DNA from: Octopus sinensis
Lineage: Eukaryota
Assembly: GCF_006345805.1 (NCBI RefSeq)
Contig: NC_042997.1
Location: forward strand, 25,792,001-25,856,000
Direction of reading: 5' to 3'
Length of the DNA: 64,000 bases
Of this stretch, positions 24,986 through 38,092 are shown piece by piece. Position 1 is the first letter of the stretch, and every line of letters begins with the position of its first letter. The position numbers and the translations under genes are program-made. The notes under the pieces are model-generated. The model did not search any database, had not been told where the DNA came from, and worked only from the letters and a program-made list of their open reading frames with translations.

Positions 24986-26790
24986 TATAAAATATATATC
25001 TTCATCTGTTGTAAATCCTTACGATAGGACTTACGACAGGTGAAGAAGTGCGACCACTTTGTCTTCCGAATTCCCTGAACAGCTCTTGGGAAGAAATAAT
25101 CCCCTCTGGTTAGTAGATCGTACAAGGGAAAAATTTTCACTTGACTGCCAGCAGATGGAAAATACTCTATTGTGTTACAGGTGAAATAAATTATCCATAT
25201 AAATATATTTTTTTTAAATAGAAGATATATATATATATGAAAGCTACGATAGTCACCCAACCTTGTTTTCAATATTAGTAGTGGATCTATTAACGTAACT
25301 GTTTACCTGCTGAACTCTTTTGCTAGTGTGGAGGTGCGTGGCTTAGAGGTTAGGGTGTTGGACGCATGATCATAAGATTGTGGCTTCGATTCCTAGACCG
25401 GGTGACACGCTGTGGTAAAATGAGTAATCCTGCGACGGACAAAATGATGGTAACGTTTTTGAATTATAATTTTAATTTGCAAATTAAAATCAAATAATTT
25501 TTACTATACAAATTTTATCCTTAGCTGCAATATTTTAAGTAAGGATTTTCTTTTTATGTACCAGATATAATAACTTGTCGTGAACTTTTTCCAAGTTTAA
25601 TAACTTGTCCTGCAAATTTCCAGTTTTATATACTTAAGAATATTATTTCTCTTGCTCGCATTTTTCCTCGTAATCCATGTTTTTTCCAGGCTATGCTATT
25701 ATGCTAATAAATAATGTGTCAATTAGCGGTGTGGCTGATAATTTGTCCTTACGTCAATGTTGCCGGTGACATTTATTAATGTCCTTTATAGAACTATATT
25801 ATCACCCTGAAATTTGAGAAACAAACACTCGTAACTTTTTCACTTCACACTTCATTGCATGAGGTTGATACCATGAAATTCCTGGAATTGAGTTCTATCA
25901 TTTAAGCTTAACTAAAACATAGTTTGTTTTTAAAATTAAAAAAGATAATTATACTTAAATCCAAATTTTTACCTTACTTATCTTCCTTTAAATGATATTA
26001 TACCTGACGACTTTTTTTATACAAACTTGTGTTGCATGGGGCCAAAACTACGAACATCTTCATATTTTCTTCTATCATTGAAGCTAACATGAATATATTT
26101 TGCCTACAAAATATAGAAAGTTATTTGGATCTAAACTTGTTTGGTGGCGTTACTTACTTTCCTACAACATTGCTGCACATTTTGATGTAAACTTTTTTCT
26201 CAATGTTGTTATGCCAAAATGCAGCTAGGGACCAGTCCTCTTCAAAAGTGTTAATAGTGTTTTCAATTTGGTTAATATCTGAATAAGCAACAAGCTCTGA
26301 AAGATGGTGCGGGTGATTAAATTGCGGTCTTAAGAATATTATTCAACTAGTACCGTAGTTGAATGATACGCACACGCTCTAACGCTCATGATCACCCATG
26401 ATCACAGACATGTATGCATGCATATAAGTTGTGGTGTACAGAAAAATTGTTACTGAATTGGAATTTTCATATATATAGAAAAATAAAACTAAAATGCAGC
26501 CGCACTTCATAGCAACCCCTAAGAAACTGGGGATGAATTTCATAGAAATGTATTCTTTCACAGTTAGGTTTAAGATGTCTTCTTCCTTACCTGGCAACGT
26601 AACTTCCTATCCATTGATCAATTGAGATTTGGAAAATTTGCCTCACTGCTGATATTTTAATACTATTAAACAATATCTTCAGCTATCATTTTCCTAACAA
26701 GCATTTCTGGCTTTCTACCACTAAGTGGGGTTTTTCTTCACTGAATATTTTTTCCTTTATTTTACGAAATGATTTCCCCTTTAATTTCAG

Positions 26791-26865
26791 CTTCCATAAC
26801 TAATAACACCAATCTTGATAATCTTCCTCCAAAGAAAAAACACATTGTATTTATGGTTCATTCAG
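26791..26865 (+). CDS. Candidate 75-nt coding exon (phase 1-1)
   Basis: ttaatttcag| … CAG|gtaaat; open frame SITNNTNLDNLPPKKKHIVFMVHSG. No homology recognised. Confidence 0.28.
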
Positions 26866-27085
26866 GTAAATCTCTTAATTCCTGTCTGGTTTTAATTATT
26901 CATTGCTCTATTTCTTACCTGACTATCAAATTCTACAATTTCTACCGCCGAAAACCGTTAGTTTTGTTCTACCTGAAAATCTTTCTCTGACTACTGATTC
27001 AAGTGGGATTGGGTTGATGACAATTTAATAATGAAGTCCAGTAAACGTAAGCTAATTTCTTTGCTCTTTGTTTGATACTATACTT

Positions 27086-27464
27086 GGATGGAAGCACTCC
27101 GTCGGTTACGACGATGAGTGTTCCTGTTGATCCCAATCAACGGAACAGCCTGCTCGTGAAATTAACGTGTAAGTGGCTGAGCACTCCACAGACACGTGTA
27201 CCCTTAACGTAATTCTCGGGGATTTTCAGCGTGACACAGAGAGTGACAAAGCCGGCCCCTTGAAATACAGGTACAACAGAAACAGGAAGTAAGAGTGAGA
27301 GAAAGTTGTGGTGAAGGAGTACAGCAGGGATCACCACCGGAGCCTCGTGGAGCTTTTCGGTGTTTTCGCTCAATAAACACTCACAACGCCCGGTCTGGGA
27401 ATCGAAACTGCGATCCTATGACCGCGAGTCCGCTGCCCTAACCACTGGGCCATTGCACCTCCAC
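27086..27464 (-). mobile_element. SINE family B (same head as A, different 3' body), full length with TSD
   Basis: 10-bp target-site duplication tactatactt at 27076-27085 and 27465-27474. Confidence 0.92.
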
Positions 27465-28360
27465 TACTATACTTCACATCATTGTAAAGAAGGAATTTCC
27501 TTTTGGCCTTAAATTACTTGTAAGTACCTTGAAATTACCCACTATTTTGTCGTTAAGACGTTACTCTTTGTTTCTCAAACGAAGAACATTTCAATTCATA
27601 CATTTGTATGCTTATTTCTTTCATTACATCACAACTGGCTCATATATGTTATTTTCCCATAGCGTACGTGGTATGAGAATATGGGTAGTCATGTGTGGAT
27701 ATGTATATGCGTATGAGTGTGTAAGTGTCTCTGTATGTGCGTGCATCTGTGTATCTCTATGACTTAGACGATATGATTTATTTTTCTGAAGAGCCGAACT
27801 TATCCTGAAGATATTTTTTTGCAATATGTTTCCTTTATTTATCTGGTAGATTTTCTGGAGAATATATTTCTCTCGCTCTGCGTCTAAATACCCTTTTATG
27901 GTAAAATTCAGTCTAGGTTTCATAAATTATTGCTGATACTTTATATCCGTTTCTACTTTTCTCATTGCATTCTCATTATATTTTATTTTTCTATTTCGTG
28001 TTCTATCTCTATAACAGCTATTTTGTATCTACTTAAATAAATTACTATATTAGGCAGAAAATTATTTATAAAAACGCTTATTTTCTCTCTCGAAATTATA
28101 CTTGTGTTGTGGTAGTCTCGTACGAAAATAAATTTTAATCGAAAAATATGCACCATAATTTAGAAATTGTCTATGTTATGTATGAATTATTTGCGGGAGA
28201 AAACTACTAAGCCAGGGTCTTTATTTTATATTTTTATCCTTTTCTTATCAAATAGAGGTTTTTAACATAATAGAATTTAACAAATTCCCTTTTCTTGTGC
28301 ATGCTATGCCCCTTATTCGTAATATGCATTACACATTCAATCATGCATCAGATGTTATCA

Positions 28361-29290
28361 TATTGGGTCCGTCCAAAAAGTGTGTCTGGTCTTTTAAGCG
28401 AAAATGAAACAAGTTTTAAACAGAAAGCGATTTATTCAATCAAAGATATGACTACCGTTTCGCTCTAGTATATTTGGCCATTCCCTTTTACTTTACTCAT
28501 GATAGTTTATATCCTCTTCAGAGTTAAAGGTCTGTCCATTCAATGAAGTTTGAAAAGAGCTGAAGACATGGAAATCTGAAGGTATAAGATCGGGGGAATA
28601 TGTAAAGGGTAAGACAAAACCTCCCTTCAAAGCCCTTGTAACTTCTACCACACCTGAAAATAAGTGTGCAGACTAACATTGTCACGATGAAAGACAATGC
28701 TCTTACGATTATCAGTTACAGGACGCCTCTAGTGGATCACTGCCTGTCTTTATCTAGTCACAGTACACATCCGAATTGATGGTCTTGTCCATGCAAGGAA
28801 CCTCTTAAAATAACATCCTTCGAATCCCATCAATTTGAAAATATAACTTGCTTCGGGTGAAGTCATGCTTTTAGAAGTTGACTGTGCTGGTTTGCTGCTC
28901 CAATCCGATGATCATTTGCTCTTCAAATTGTTATAGAGTATCCATTTTATATTCCTTGTCAACATTCGCTTCAGAAAAGGATCGTTTTCTTCATTTTTCC
29001 GCAACGGAACGCAGATGGAAATCCATTGGGAGATTAGCTTCATGTCATTAATGTATGACCCAGACATCGAGACCATTGATTTCAACTCTCGATTTGAATA
29101 TTTGGAGGATATCTGCGATCATCCTGTTTCTATTCGAGGGTTTAACGGTCAGAGAGGTGTCGATCCGAAAAATTTCCCAATCAAAATCTTTGGAAAAACA
29201 TTTCTTAAACACGTATTCTGTAACAGCATCAACTTCGTAGAGGGCGCATATCTTCATGCAAGTTTCTGCAGTTTCCTTGTTTTTTAAAAA
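28361..29290 (-). mobile_element. Decayed mariner transposon
   Basis: Minus-strand ETAETCMKICALYEVDAV…INGLDVWVIH (HTH and WVPHEL-like), NRKSIVFHRDN, YSPDLIPSDFHVF. TIR-like tattgggtccgtccaaaaag at 28361. Confidence 0.85.
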
Positions 29291-29299
29291 AATATTCTT

Positions 29300-29503
29300 T
29301 TCTACTCTAGGCACAAGGCACGAAAGTTTTGGGAGGGAGCCATTCGATTAGATCGACCCAAATACGCAACTGGTACTTAATTTATCGACCCCGAAAGTAC
29401 GAAGAGCAAAGTCTACCTTTGTGGAATTTGAACTCAGAACGTACAACAGATGAAATGCTGCTAAGCATTTCGCCCGGCGCGCTAACGTTTCTGCCAGTTC
29501 GAT
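29300..29503 (-). mobile_element. SINE family M, alternative-tail variant
   Basis: Same head and centre as family M, but the tail reads …gccttgtgcctagagtagaaa on the element strand. Another such copy lies at 30408-30616. Confidence 0.8.
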
Positions 29504-30407
29504 AAAGTTCATTTTGGCTACTCGGTTTCAAGTTGAGACCAATCACTCGAGATACATATCTCATCGAACGTTCGCGTAGAACTGCAATGAAGTTTAAAGT
29601 ATCTAACGTGTGGACATACACAAAGAACACTCTGAAGCTAGCTACTTCTCAGTGTACTTGAATTTTAGCGAAGTCAAAAACCAAACGGACTTTTCATACG
29701 TATTATTTATAAACCCTTATAATGCACTTAGTTTGTACGGACATGATTTAACTTGTGCTTCTGCATGTCTTCATGCATTGAACATTAGATGCTTACTGTG
29801 AAGTTTGAAGAATCAGGTAAAACCCTATAATATTAAAATAATAAATTAATAAATTCCTCATATATGCTTGCTTAGATATATTCGTTTTACATTCACTTTT
29901 GTCAAAAAGCTGTTTCTTAGCATTTCTTGCGGCCTTACATCTTAAATTCAAGTTCAAACACCGTCTCGTTGCTTTCCATCCTTTCAAAGTTCATAAAATA
30001 AGTACCAGTGGAGCACTGGGACTGCTATAATAGACTTATCCGTTCTCCTAAAATTTCTAGTCTTGCAAAAATTTGTAACTACCATAAGATATCATTTTTG
30101 TAATTGTTTTTAGTAAAATATGTGGTGAAATAAACAGTACAAACTTTAGAACTTCAAGTGAGATATACTGCGGTGTTTAGTTGCAGTATTTTATGTTCTG
30201 AGTTGGAACTAACTGATATTAACTTTGCCTCCTATTCTTGCGACATCGATAAAAGTACATTTAAGTCGTTGGGTCGATTTAATCGATTAACTCTTAGCCA
30301 CATATACAATCGTTAGAGCGTCGGATAAAATGCCTTACAGTATTTCTTCTCGGTTTTTACTTTCGATCGAGATCTTCATCCATCCTCTGAGTTCGATAAT
30401 ATCCTTT

Positions 30408-30616
30408 TTCTACACTAGGCACGAGGACCAAAATTTTGTGGCAAAGGGCCAGTCGATTAGATCGACTCCAGTACGCAACTGGTATTTAATTTATCGATAC
30501 CGAAAGGATGATAGGCAATGTCGAACTCGGCAGAACTTGAACGCAGAACATAAAGACGGACATAATACTACTAAGCATTTTGCCCGGCGTGCTAATGTTT
30601 CTGCCAGCTCTCCGTA
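30408..30616 (-). mobile_element. SINE family M, alternative-tail variant (degraded)
   Basis: ttttctacactaggcacgaggaccaaaattttg…gtcgattagatcgac…gcattttgcccggcgtgctaatgtttctgccagctc. Confidence 0.75.
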
Positions 30617-30967
30617 AGATTTACTGACTTTGTGGCGAAATCAGAAGCAATTGCTTCTTTTCAAAAAAAAAAGAAAAGAAAAAGGTGTCAAATTTCTGGT
30701 TGAATGATTAGAGAATCGAAAAATGTATAATGCAGCTCTTTGCATTTTGTGTTCAAATCTAGGTGAACACAGCTTTGCTTTTTCATACTTTCAGAGTTGG
30801 CAAAATAAAGTACCTCCGACATATTGGTTTCTAGGCTATTGACTCGGCCCTCACATCAAAATTACTGCCATTTGTCCTTAGATTAGAGCACTTTTATTTG
30901 CACTATCATTTCTATTATTACAGTCGTTAACATATCTTGCTTTTGCTAATAGTCCCATATTTAATAC

Positions 30968-31351
30968 GGAGGCGCAATGGCCCAGTGGTTAGGGCAGCGG
31001 ACTCGCGGTCATAGGATCGCGGTTTCGATTCGCAGACCGGGCGTTGTGAGTGTTTATTGAGCGAAAACACATAAAACTCCACGAGGCTCCGGCAAGGGAT
31101 GGTGGTGATCCCTGCTGTACTCCTTCACCACAACTTTCTCTCACTCTTACTTCCTGTTTCTGTTGTACCTGTATTTCAAAGGGCCGGCCTTGTCACTCTC
31201 TGTGTCACGCTGAATATCCTCGAGAACTACGTTAAGGGTACACGTGTCTGTGGAGTGCCCAGCCACTTGCACGTTAATTTCACGAGCAGGCTGTTCCGTT
31301 GATTCGGATCAACCGGAACCCTCGTCGTCGTAACCGACGGAGTGCTTCCAA
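30968..31351 (+). mobile_element. SINE family B, full length with TSD
   Basis: 12-bp TSD atatttaatacg at 30957-30968 and 31352-31363; near-identical to the reverse complement of 27086-27464. Confidence 0.92.
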
Positions 31352-31839
31352 ATATTTAATACGTTTGACAATAGACAGAAGTCTTCAAAATTGACACCAC
31401 TGTTTCACGCATTAATGCCAGTCAGATAACTGAAACAACTTTACGCATGCAACGTTCTGAAACGTATCATTAAATGGCTCCGAGATTGAAAGATCCAGCA
31501 AAATTTATCAAAATTTCTATAAAGCCTATTTACTTTGTTTCGATTCCACTGAACGTAACCTTGAATTTCATTCTTCCGGCGCCAGTCGTGTGTACACTTA
31601 CCGATTTTATACATACATGTGTGCATTCCTAAATATGCGTATTACTCAAATGGTATTACGAATACTTTTTTGCATACGTACGGATGAGAATTTATGCAGT
31701 TGAATTTAGTTCGTCTGCAAAAGGAAGCTTACAATAATAATATTGAACATGTATATTCCCTGTAATGACTATGATAGTGATGTTGATGAATGCAATCATT
31801 AGGATGGGGATAATGGTCTTATAATGTGTTTGAACTTCT

Positions 31840-32245
31840 GTCTGTCTTCCTCTTCTTCTTCTTTTTCTTCTTCTTCTCCTCCTTCTCAGTTTCTCCCCTT
31901 CTTCCTCTTCCCCTTCTTCCCCTTCTTCTCCTCCTCCTTCTCCGTCTTCCCCTCTTTTTCTTCTTCTCCTCCTTCTTGTCCATCTTCCGCCTCTCCTCCC
32001 CTCCTTCTTTTTCTTTTTCTTCTTCTTCTCCTCCTCCTTCCCTCTCTTCCCCTTCTTCTTTTTGTCTTCCCTCCCTCCTCTTCTTCTACTGCCTCTCCTC
32101 CCCTTTTCTTCGTCTTCTTCTTCTTCTTCTGCCACTCCTCCCCACCTCCTCTTATTCTTATTCTTCTCCTTCTACCACTCTTACTCTACATCTTCTTCGT
32201 CGTCTTCTTCTTCTGCCTCTCCTTCCCTTCTTCTTCTTCTTCACC
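31840..32245. repeat. ~400-bp polypyrimidine/polypurine (CTT/CCT) tract
   Basis: Seen directly; it explains the low-complexity ORFs 31692-32135, 31824-32264 and 31826-32488. Confidence 0.95.
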
Positions 32246-33691
32246 ATCATGTCACCTATGTTGAGAATGACAACTTGTAAGACGATGGGCAAAAGCAAGG
32301 AGGATACTGATAAGGCTGACGGCGAAGCAGTGGTCAGAAAGACGTGTCTTCCGAGTGGCAATCTACCGTCACTCTCAATTCTTATATTCATGACAGCAGC
32401 ATCATTCGAAGACGGGTGTGATCATTTCCAACACGTCACACCGTGGGACATGTCAAAACAATCTGCAACGTTTTCAGTAGGAAATTAGATGTCGTGCCAA
32501 AAGAAAACACAAAACATTTTATTGAAAGTAACAGTAAAACAACAACGGCAACAACATCAAGTATATCAACTACATTAATACCAACAAAAATGCACAAAAA
32601 ATAAAAAACCAACAAAACCATCTGCCCGACATCAAATGCTTAAAAATTGCGAAATAAAAATACAAAAATAAAAAATATATATATAAAAAAATATAAAAGA
32701 GGTGTTATCACGTGAAGTTTGCCCGTTTAACATGAGAAAAAAAAAGATATTTGGATTAATCTATTGCGTTGGCAATATCAATGCCTCTGCAAGATATCGC
32801 TTAATTATCAATCCTTGGTGAAATAAACCAGTAACCATTTGCTAGAGAGAATTGAATTTATAACTAAAACGTTTTCTTATGATTGTGTATTTTCTCTTTA
32901 TATTTTCTTTTCCCCCCTTATTTATCTTCTGCCAATCTTCATTTCGTTCTGGCTAAACTATTTTTCATTTTCTTTTTTCCTTTTCAAAACTATTATAAAG
33001 CATAAATGAAATGAATTGCAACAAGCTGATTCTCTCATATTTTTTTTTCAGTATTTTATACCTAATTTTTTTTTCATTCGATACATTTGTGTGTATGTGT
33101 ATATGTGTATATGTATGTGCGTATAAATTATATTTCCGATATTGCAAAACGGAAGTTATATTTTTGTAATTTTATTTTATATATAGATTTCACTTTCGAA
33201 GAATATGTCGAAATAAAAAAGTAGCTGGTAACTCTAACTCAATAGATTTCAAGACACAATTTCATTCGTTAGCAAAATAGCCGACATATTTTTGAAAAAT
33301 GTTGGTGTATTCCATTGAAGAAGCTGGAATAGATAGTAGTGAAATACTGAGTTGACTAAAATCGACTATATACCCTCATAATGAAAAGTATAGTACTGTC
33401 CTGAATTGAGAAATCAATATACCTAAACGTCAAGGATAAAGAGAAGTGTGTTGATATAACATAGTAGATATTAGTTAATACACTTGTAAAAACAATCAAA
33501 TAATATAAATGAGAGGATAAAAGCCTCAATTGGAATTTTAATGGCCACAGATTTGGAAGTGTAACTTTCCACTTGAGTCTTCAGAAACTCAAGCAACAAC
33601 GTAGATAATTGCAGCTAGTATTTTCTCCAGGGAACTTTTTGGACAAGTCTGTACTATTTGAATAAAACACGGAGGAGGGAAATTTTTGTAC

Positions 33692-33835
33692 CAGGTGATA
33701 TAACAAATAGTAAGGGATGAAAATATCCATCAAATAAAGTTGCGTTTATTTTAAATGGATTATCAATTATGAAAACACCACTGGATCGAGTACCAGCAGC
33801 ACAAATTTCCTGTATTAAAACCATGGAATTTTCAT
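33692..33835 (-). CDS. Candidate 144-nt coding exon (phase 1-1)
   Basis: ttttttttattatag| … CCTG|gtacaa; ENSMVLIQEICAAGTRSSGVFIIDNPFKINATLFDGYFHPLLFVISP. It overlaps a competing plus-strand candidate at 33631-33709. Confidence 0.22.
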
Positions 33836-34244
33836 CTATAATAAAAAAAAATTTGCTTACAGATAAATGATGCATTATCTGGTGTATGGTGCGAACATCC
33901 GTCTCGGTAAAAGCAACTCAGTATTTATGGAAACCGTTTATATAAGCAAATACTTATTTTTTCTACTTTATATTTATCCGTGAAACGTTCCTTCGGACAT
34001 TCCTGCTTGGATACATGAATATCATTTGACCAATAAAGATCTTCATCAGCCTGTTCTTATATGTTAAGTGCATTTTGTCATTCTCTGTAAAACAAAGATA
34101 TGCAGTCGTGACGTGTCGCGATCGGAACGCACAAATCGGTGTTAATTCAACAATGTAATTATATGTGAACGTGCGCCCGCACATATAGTAGAAAGAATAC
34201 AGTAGAAAAATATATAACGGATAAATAAGCAAAGAGTCTTTTCT

Positions 34245-34617
34245 TCTCTAAGCAGAAGGCCCGAGATTTTTGGGGAAGGGAAAAAGTACGCAACTGTTGC
34301 TTAATTTATCGACCCCAAAAGGATGAAAGGTAATGTCAACCTCGGCAGAATTTGAACTCAGAACGTAACGGCAGACGAAATACCTATTTCTTTACTGCCC
34401 ACAAGGGGCTCAACTCAGAGGGGACAAACAAGGGCAGACAAACGGATTAAGTCGATTATATCGACCCCAGTGCGTAACTGGTACTTAATTAATCGACCCC
34501 GAAATGATGAAAGGCAAGGTCGACCTCGGCTGAATTTGAACTCAGAACGTAACGGCAGACGAAATACTGCTAAGCATTTCGCCCGGCGTGCTAACGTTTC
34601 TGCTAGCTCGCCGCCAT
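34245..34617 (-). mobile_element. Two abutting family M SINEs (one of each tail type)
   Basis: 34245-34385 is a truncated alternative-tail copy; 34386-34617 is a full standard-tail copy. Confidence 0.85.
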
Positions 34618-36658
34618 TAGCAAAATAGGCAACGATTGAATAATTGAACATAGACATAACAACTCGCAACAAACGATACATAAAAAATACGTGTGTATTA
34701 CTGACTGACATAAAACGAACTAGAATAAGAGAAGCAAAAAATATAAATAAATATGTATATGTGAAGGCGTTAAGAACAAGAATTTCAAGAATTAGAGATC
34801 ATGAGCATAAAAATCAATGGGTGGAAATAATTAGTAAATTAAAAGTATTATACGATACTATTTTGGACTAAAACAAGTATCTCTAAAAAATAAAGACGAA
34901 ATCTTGATATTCAAAATCTAATAGGTACAAATATGTCCATCCTCTTCTTCGACGAAAAAAGGTATATAGTAGTCACTGTAAAAAATATTACTCTTCAGAT
35001 ATAGCTACATAGGAATATAGAATTTCAAGTAACCTATATGGGAAAACTAATATAGAGAAACACTCTTTCAAACCGTAATAAGATGAAAAACTAATCAGCA
35101 TTGTTTTTGTATTTTCAATGTATGGCTAATAAATCATGAATTTTTTCTTTTAATCTGTTGTGTCTTAGACACGTGTCATGAATGTAATCAAATTCATGAC
35201 AGTATGAAGCAGAAAAAACAAACACCTATTGATAATGCACAAATTCGTTTTCTTGAAGTCTACCTTCCTAGCATTTTGGCAACTGCTGTGCATGCTAAAT
35301 AATAAAGGATTCTTTTTGAACTGAATCATTCAGTAGCGTGCGCTTTCTGTAATCAACGTTGCGGATTATGGTGTTTCAATAATTAGGAGTTTCAAGTTTT
35401 TGACTCTGTAATAATATTTAACTTACAAATGGATGAATATTTTGGAAGTATTAAGATTTATTAGCTTGGCTACATCGATACTTTTAATTATGCCTCTTTT
35501 AGTTACAAGCAAAGGAACATTTTTTCTTTTATAATGATGTCCGATCGTCTCCATCTTCCTACTATGAGTGTGCCAGCAAAATGCAAAGAATAACATGATA
35601 TTGTTCATTAATAGATCAAGAATATTTTCAAATGTTAATTATTGTTTAGGAAATATTTCACGTTCAGTATGTGAAGTTCTAACCAATTCTTTGATGAAGC
35701 TGAATATCCGGGAAATTCAATGTTCTATTACAAACGATGAAATCTGTATATTCTGCAACAAGAATATGAGATCTAATTAAACTCAAATATGTCCATAAAG
35801 TGTATATGACAGAGAAGCATATTTTGCTATGCAGCAGACCGAACTTTCTTGTAAAACAAGAACATGAAGGTTGTTAGCTGACATATTTGTTGCTTAAATG
35901 TGTACACGGGTTCATTATATTGAAACAATAGAACATTATTATTTAAAATATAAGTATTTGTCACATATATTAAACTTTGAGGTGGAGCTCATATTCAATG
36001 ATAGGATACGATGAGTTGAGGGCATCAAGCATCCTTAAATGCTTTATTCGTTCATCTCAAACACGTTAAAGGAAGCAAATATTTTAAGTAAAATATGCAT
36101 GAATAATAGCTATCAACTCTAGAGTAACCTTGGTGATTCAGTTTCTTCGTAGCTCAGAATAACAACTAAGTACAGGATATGTTACGACTCACATTTAAGG
36201 ATTAAGATTAGACTATAAGCAAGATAAAATTCTTTTCAGTTCTAATCAAAGAGCGGTTCAACAGAAAAGACTCTCACTAGTAGCAAATTTCATGATAAAA
36301 ATTTATTGGTATATGTGAATATATGGAAACACTAGTATGTGATAAAATGTCAGTTCGCATTGACTAAAATGCATATCCATAGATATACTGCGTTTACATA
36401 TTTCTCGAAAAGCTATTTTCAACTAAAATGGATAATTACTAGTATCCATGTATAAACAACACGGTTATATTTGTATTTGCTTGTCTTATTCGTATAAACA
36501 GGTTCATATGTGTGAGTATGCCCGTTGTTATCAGAAGAATAAAGCTAAATGCATGAGTATTTAAAGTTTAAAATTTTACACAGTAGAATATTATGTTATG
36601 TGGAAACATGAGAGCAAGAGAACTAATATTCTCAGGATGATAAACCTGAAAATTTCAG

Positions 36659-36705
36659 GAGAAGTTATTACACTTGGAAAAGTTCATGACAACTTATTAC
36701 ATCAG
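36659..36705 (+). CDS. Candidate 47-nt coding exon (phase 1-0)
   Basis: aaaatttcag|GA GAA GTT … CAT CAG|gtaaag; EVITLGKVHDNLLHQ. It is in frame with candidate 33631-33709. Confidence 0.22.
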
Positions 36706-37504
36706 GTAAAGTACGAGAAATTTTTTACAAATTATTACAGCTATGTATAAAATTCCAAATAAAATATTTAGATTTAGAAAATATTAGCTTTCATTAATAC
36801 TAAAAATTTTATTACAAGTTACTACTTCCACTTGTTAAAATTAAGAATAATTCAAAGTAATTTTTGCACTTCAAAAACATTTAATTTTTTAATTATTAAT
36901 TAATAATCAGAAATTTGAAAATAGGGTATAAAAGTCAATGGTAATATATAATATGTTAGTACTAAACATAAAACAGTTACATATTACAGTAAAATCTATC
37001 TATAAGAAGAAAATCACAGTAAAATTTGCTTCAGTTATAGCCTTAGTTATTGTCAAGTCTTCACAATTTTAGTCTAGACTCAATGCCTATATATATATAT
37101 GTATATGTATCAGAAAATGTGGTGATACATGAGAAACAAATGTGCATACGTTTTTCCATGTATATCAGCGTTGACGTTTTTTACTAGTACTACGTTCCCT
37201 GTATATTCAGAAAAATGTAATTCTTTTTCAGAAATAAATTCCGTTTTGCAGTCGAAGCTCCCATGAATGTATAGGACGTTATCCAGACATTCATTTAAGA
37301 GTCCACTGCATTGAATAGTAGAAGCAGCTGTATGCTAATAAATTTCGTGGCATTTTTTTTTATCTTGTTATAGTTCTATACTCATTTAAAATATTGTTCT
37401 GAAATATAAGTATGTTGAATTCTACACCAAGTTTTTTTCTCCTAGCAATATCTAAGCGAAATATATATATCTTCGCCATGGTGGACGGCTGAAATCTTCA
37501 AGTT

Positions 37505-37675
37505 TTTTTCATTCTCTTTCTGTTTATGTTCTGGTATTCCTCTCTGTTGAAGAGCCTAGGCTCGAAACATAAAATAGCTTTTCAATTTCCCGAGCGTCAC
37601 ACTAATACAATTGCTTATTGTTCATACAACTGTCTTCGTCTTTTGTTTTTCTTTAAATTTCACAAATTTCTATAT
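37505..37675 (+). mobile_element. Penelope-like terminal remnant, second family (copy 1)
   Basis: ctgttgaagagcctaggctcgaaacataaaa…cccgagcgtc…tgtcttcgtcttttgttttt; homologous to 62745-62900 (minus). Confidence 0.55.
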
Positions 37676-37682
37676 CTATCTA

Positions 37683-37724
<42 letters not shown>

Positions 37725-38092
37725 ATATATATATCTATATATATATATATATATGCGTGTCTGCGTGTGTATACACACATATATACATATGTATGAATAT
37801 GCGTGTATGTTTGTGTGTGTGTGTATATAGTCATGCTCACTAAACACGCTATATGTTAATAATATATATCTACGTCTATGTGTATGCATGTACCTACCTA
37901 AGTAAGTGAATACAATTATACATAAGCTTGGGAGTATATATTCACATATAAATGTCTAAGCCTTTTTGTTTAAATATCGACGATTATGCGTTCCTGTTGC
38001 TGTATTAAAGATGCCCGTTGCTTCTTAAATAGGATTTATACATCTTTGTTTCAAATGTTTCACTAATGTGGCAGCCATGTTTATTTGCTGCT

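Noticed and set aside
30968-31040. tRNA gene
   Set aside because: A/B boxes are present, but the sequence continues into a repeated SINE body with TSDs and has no proper cloverleaf.
31692-32488. ORFs of 146-220 aa rich in E/K/R or F/L/S/P
   Set aside because: These come from the low-complexity CTT/CCT tract.
36690-36710. 14-nt match to miR-12 (tattacatcaggta); similar partial miR-277 match near 33870
   Set aside because: Seed regions do not match and no precursor hairpin is evident.
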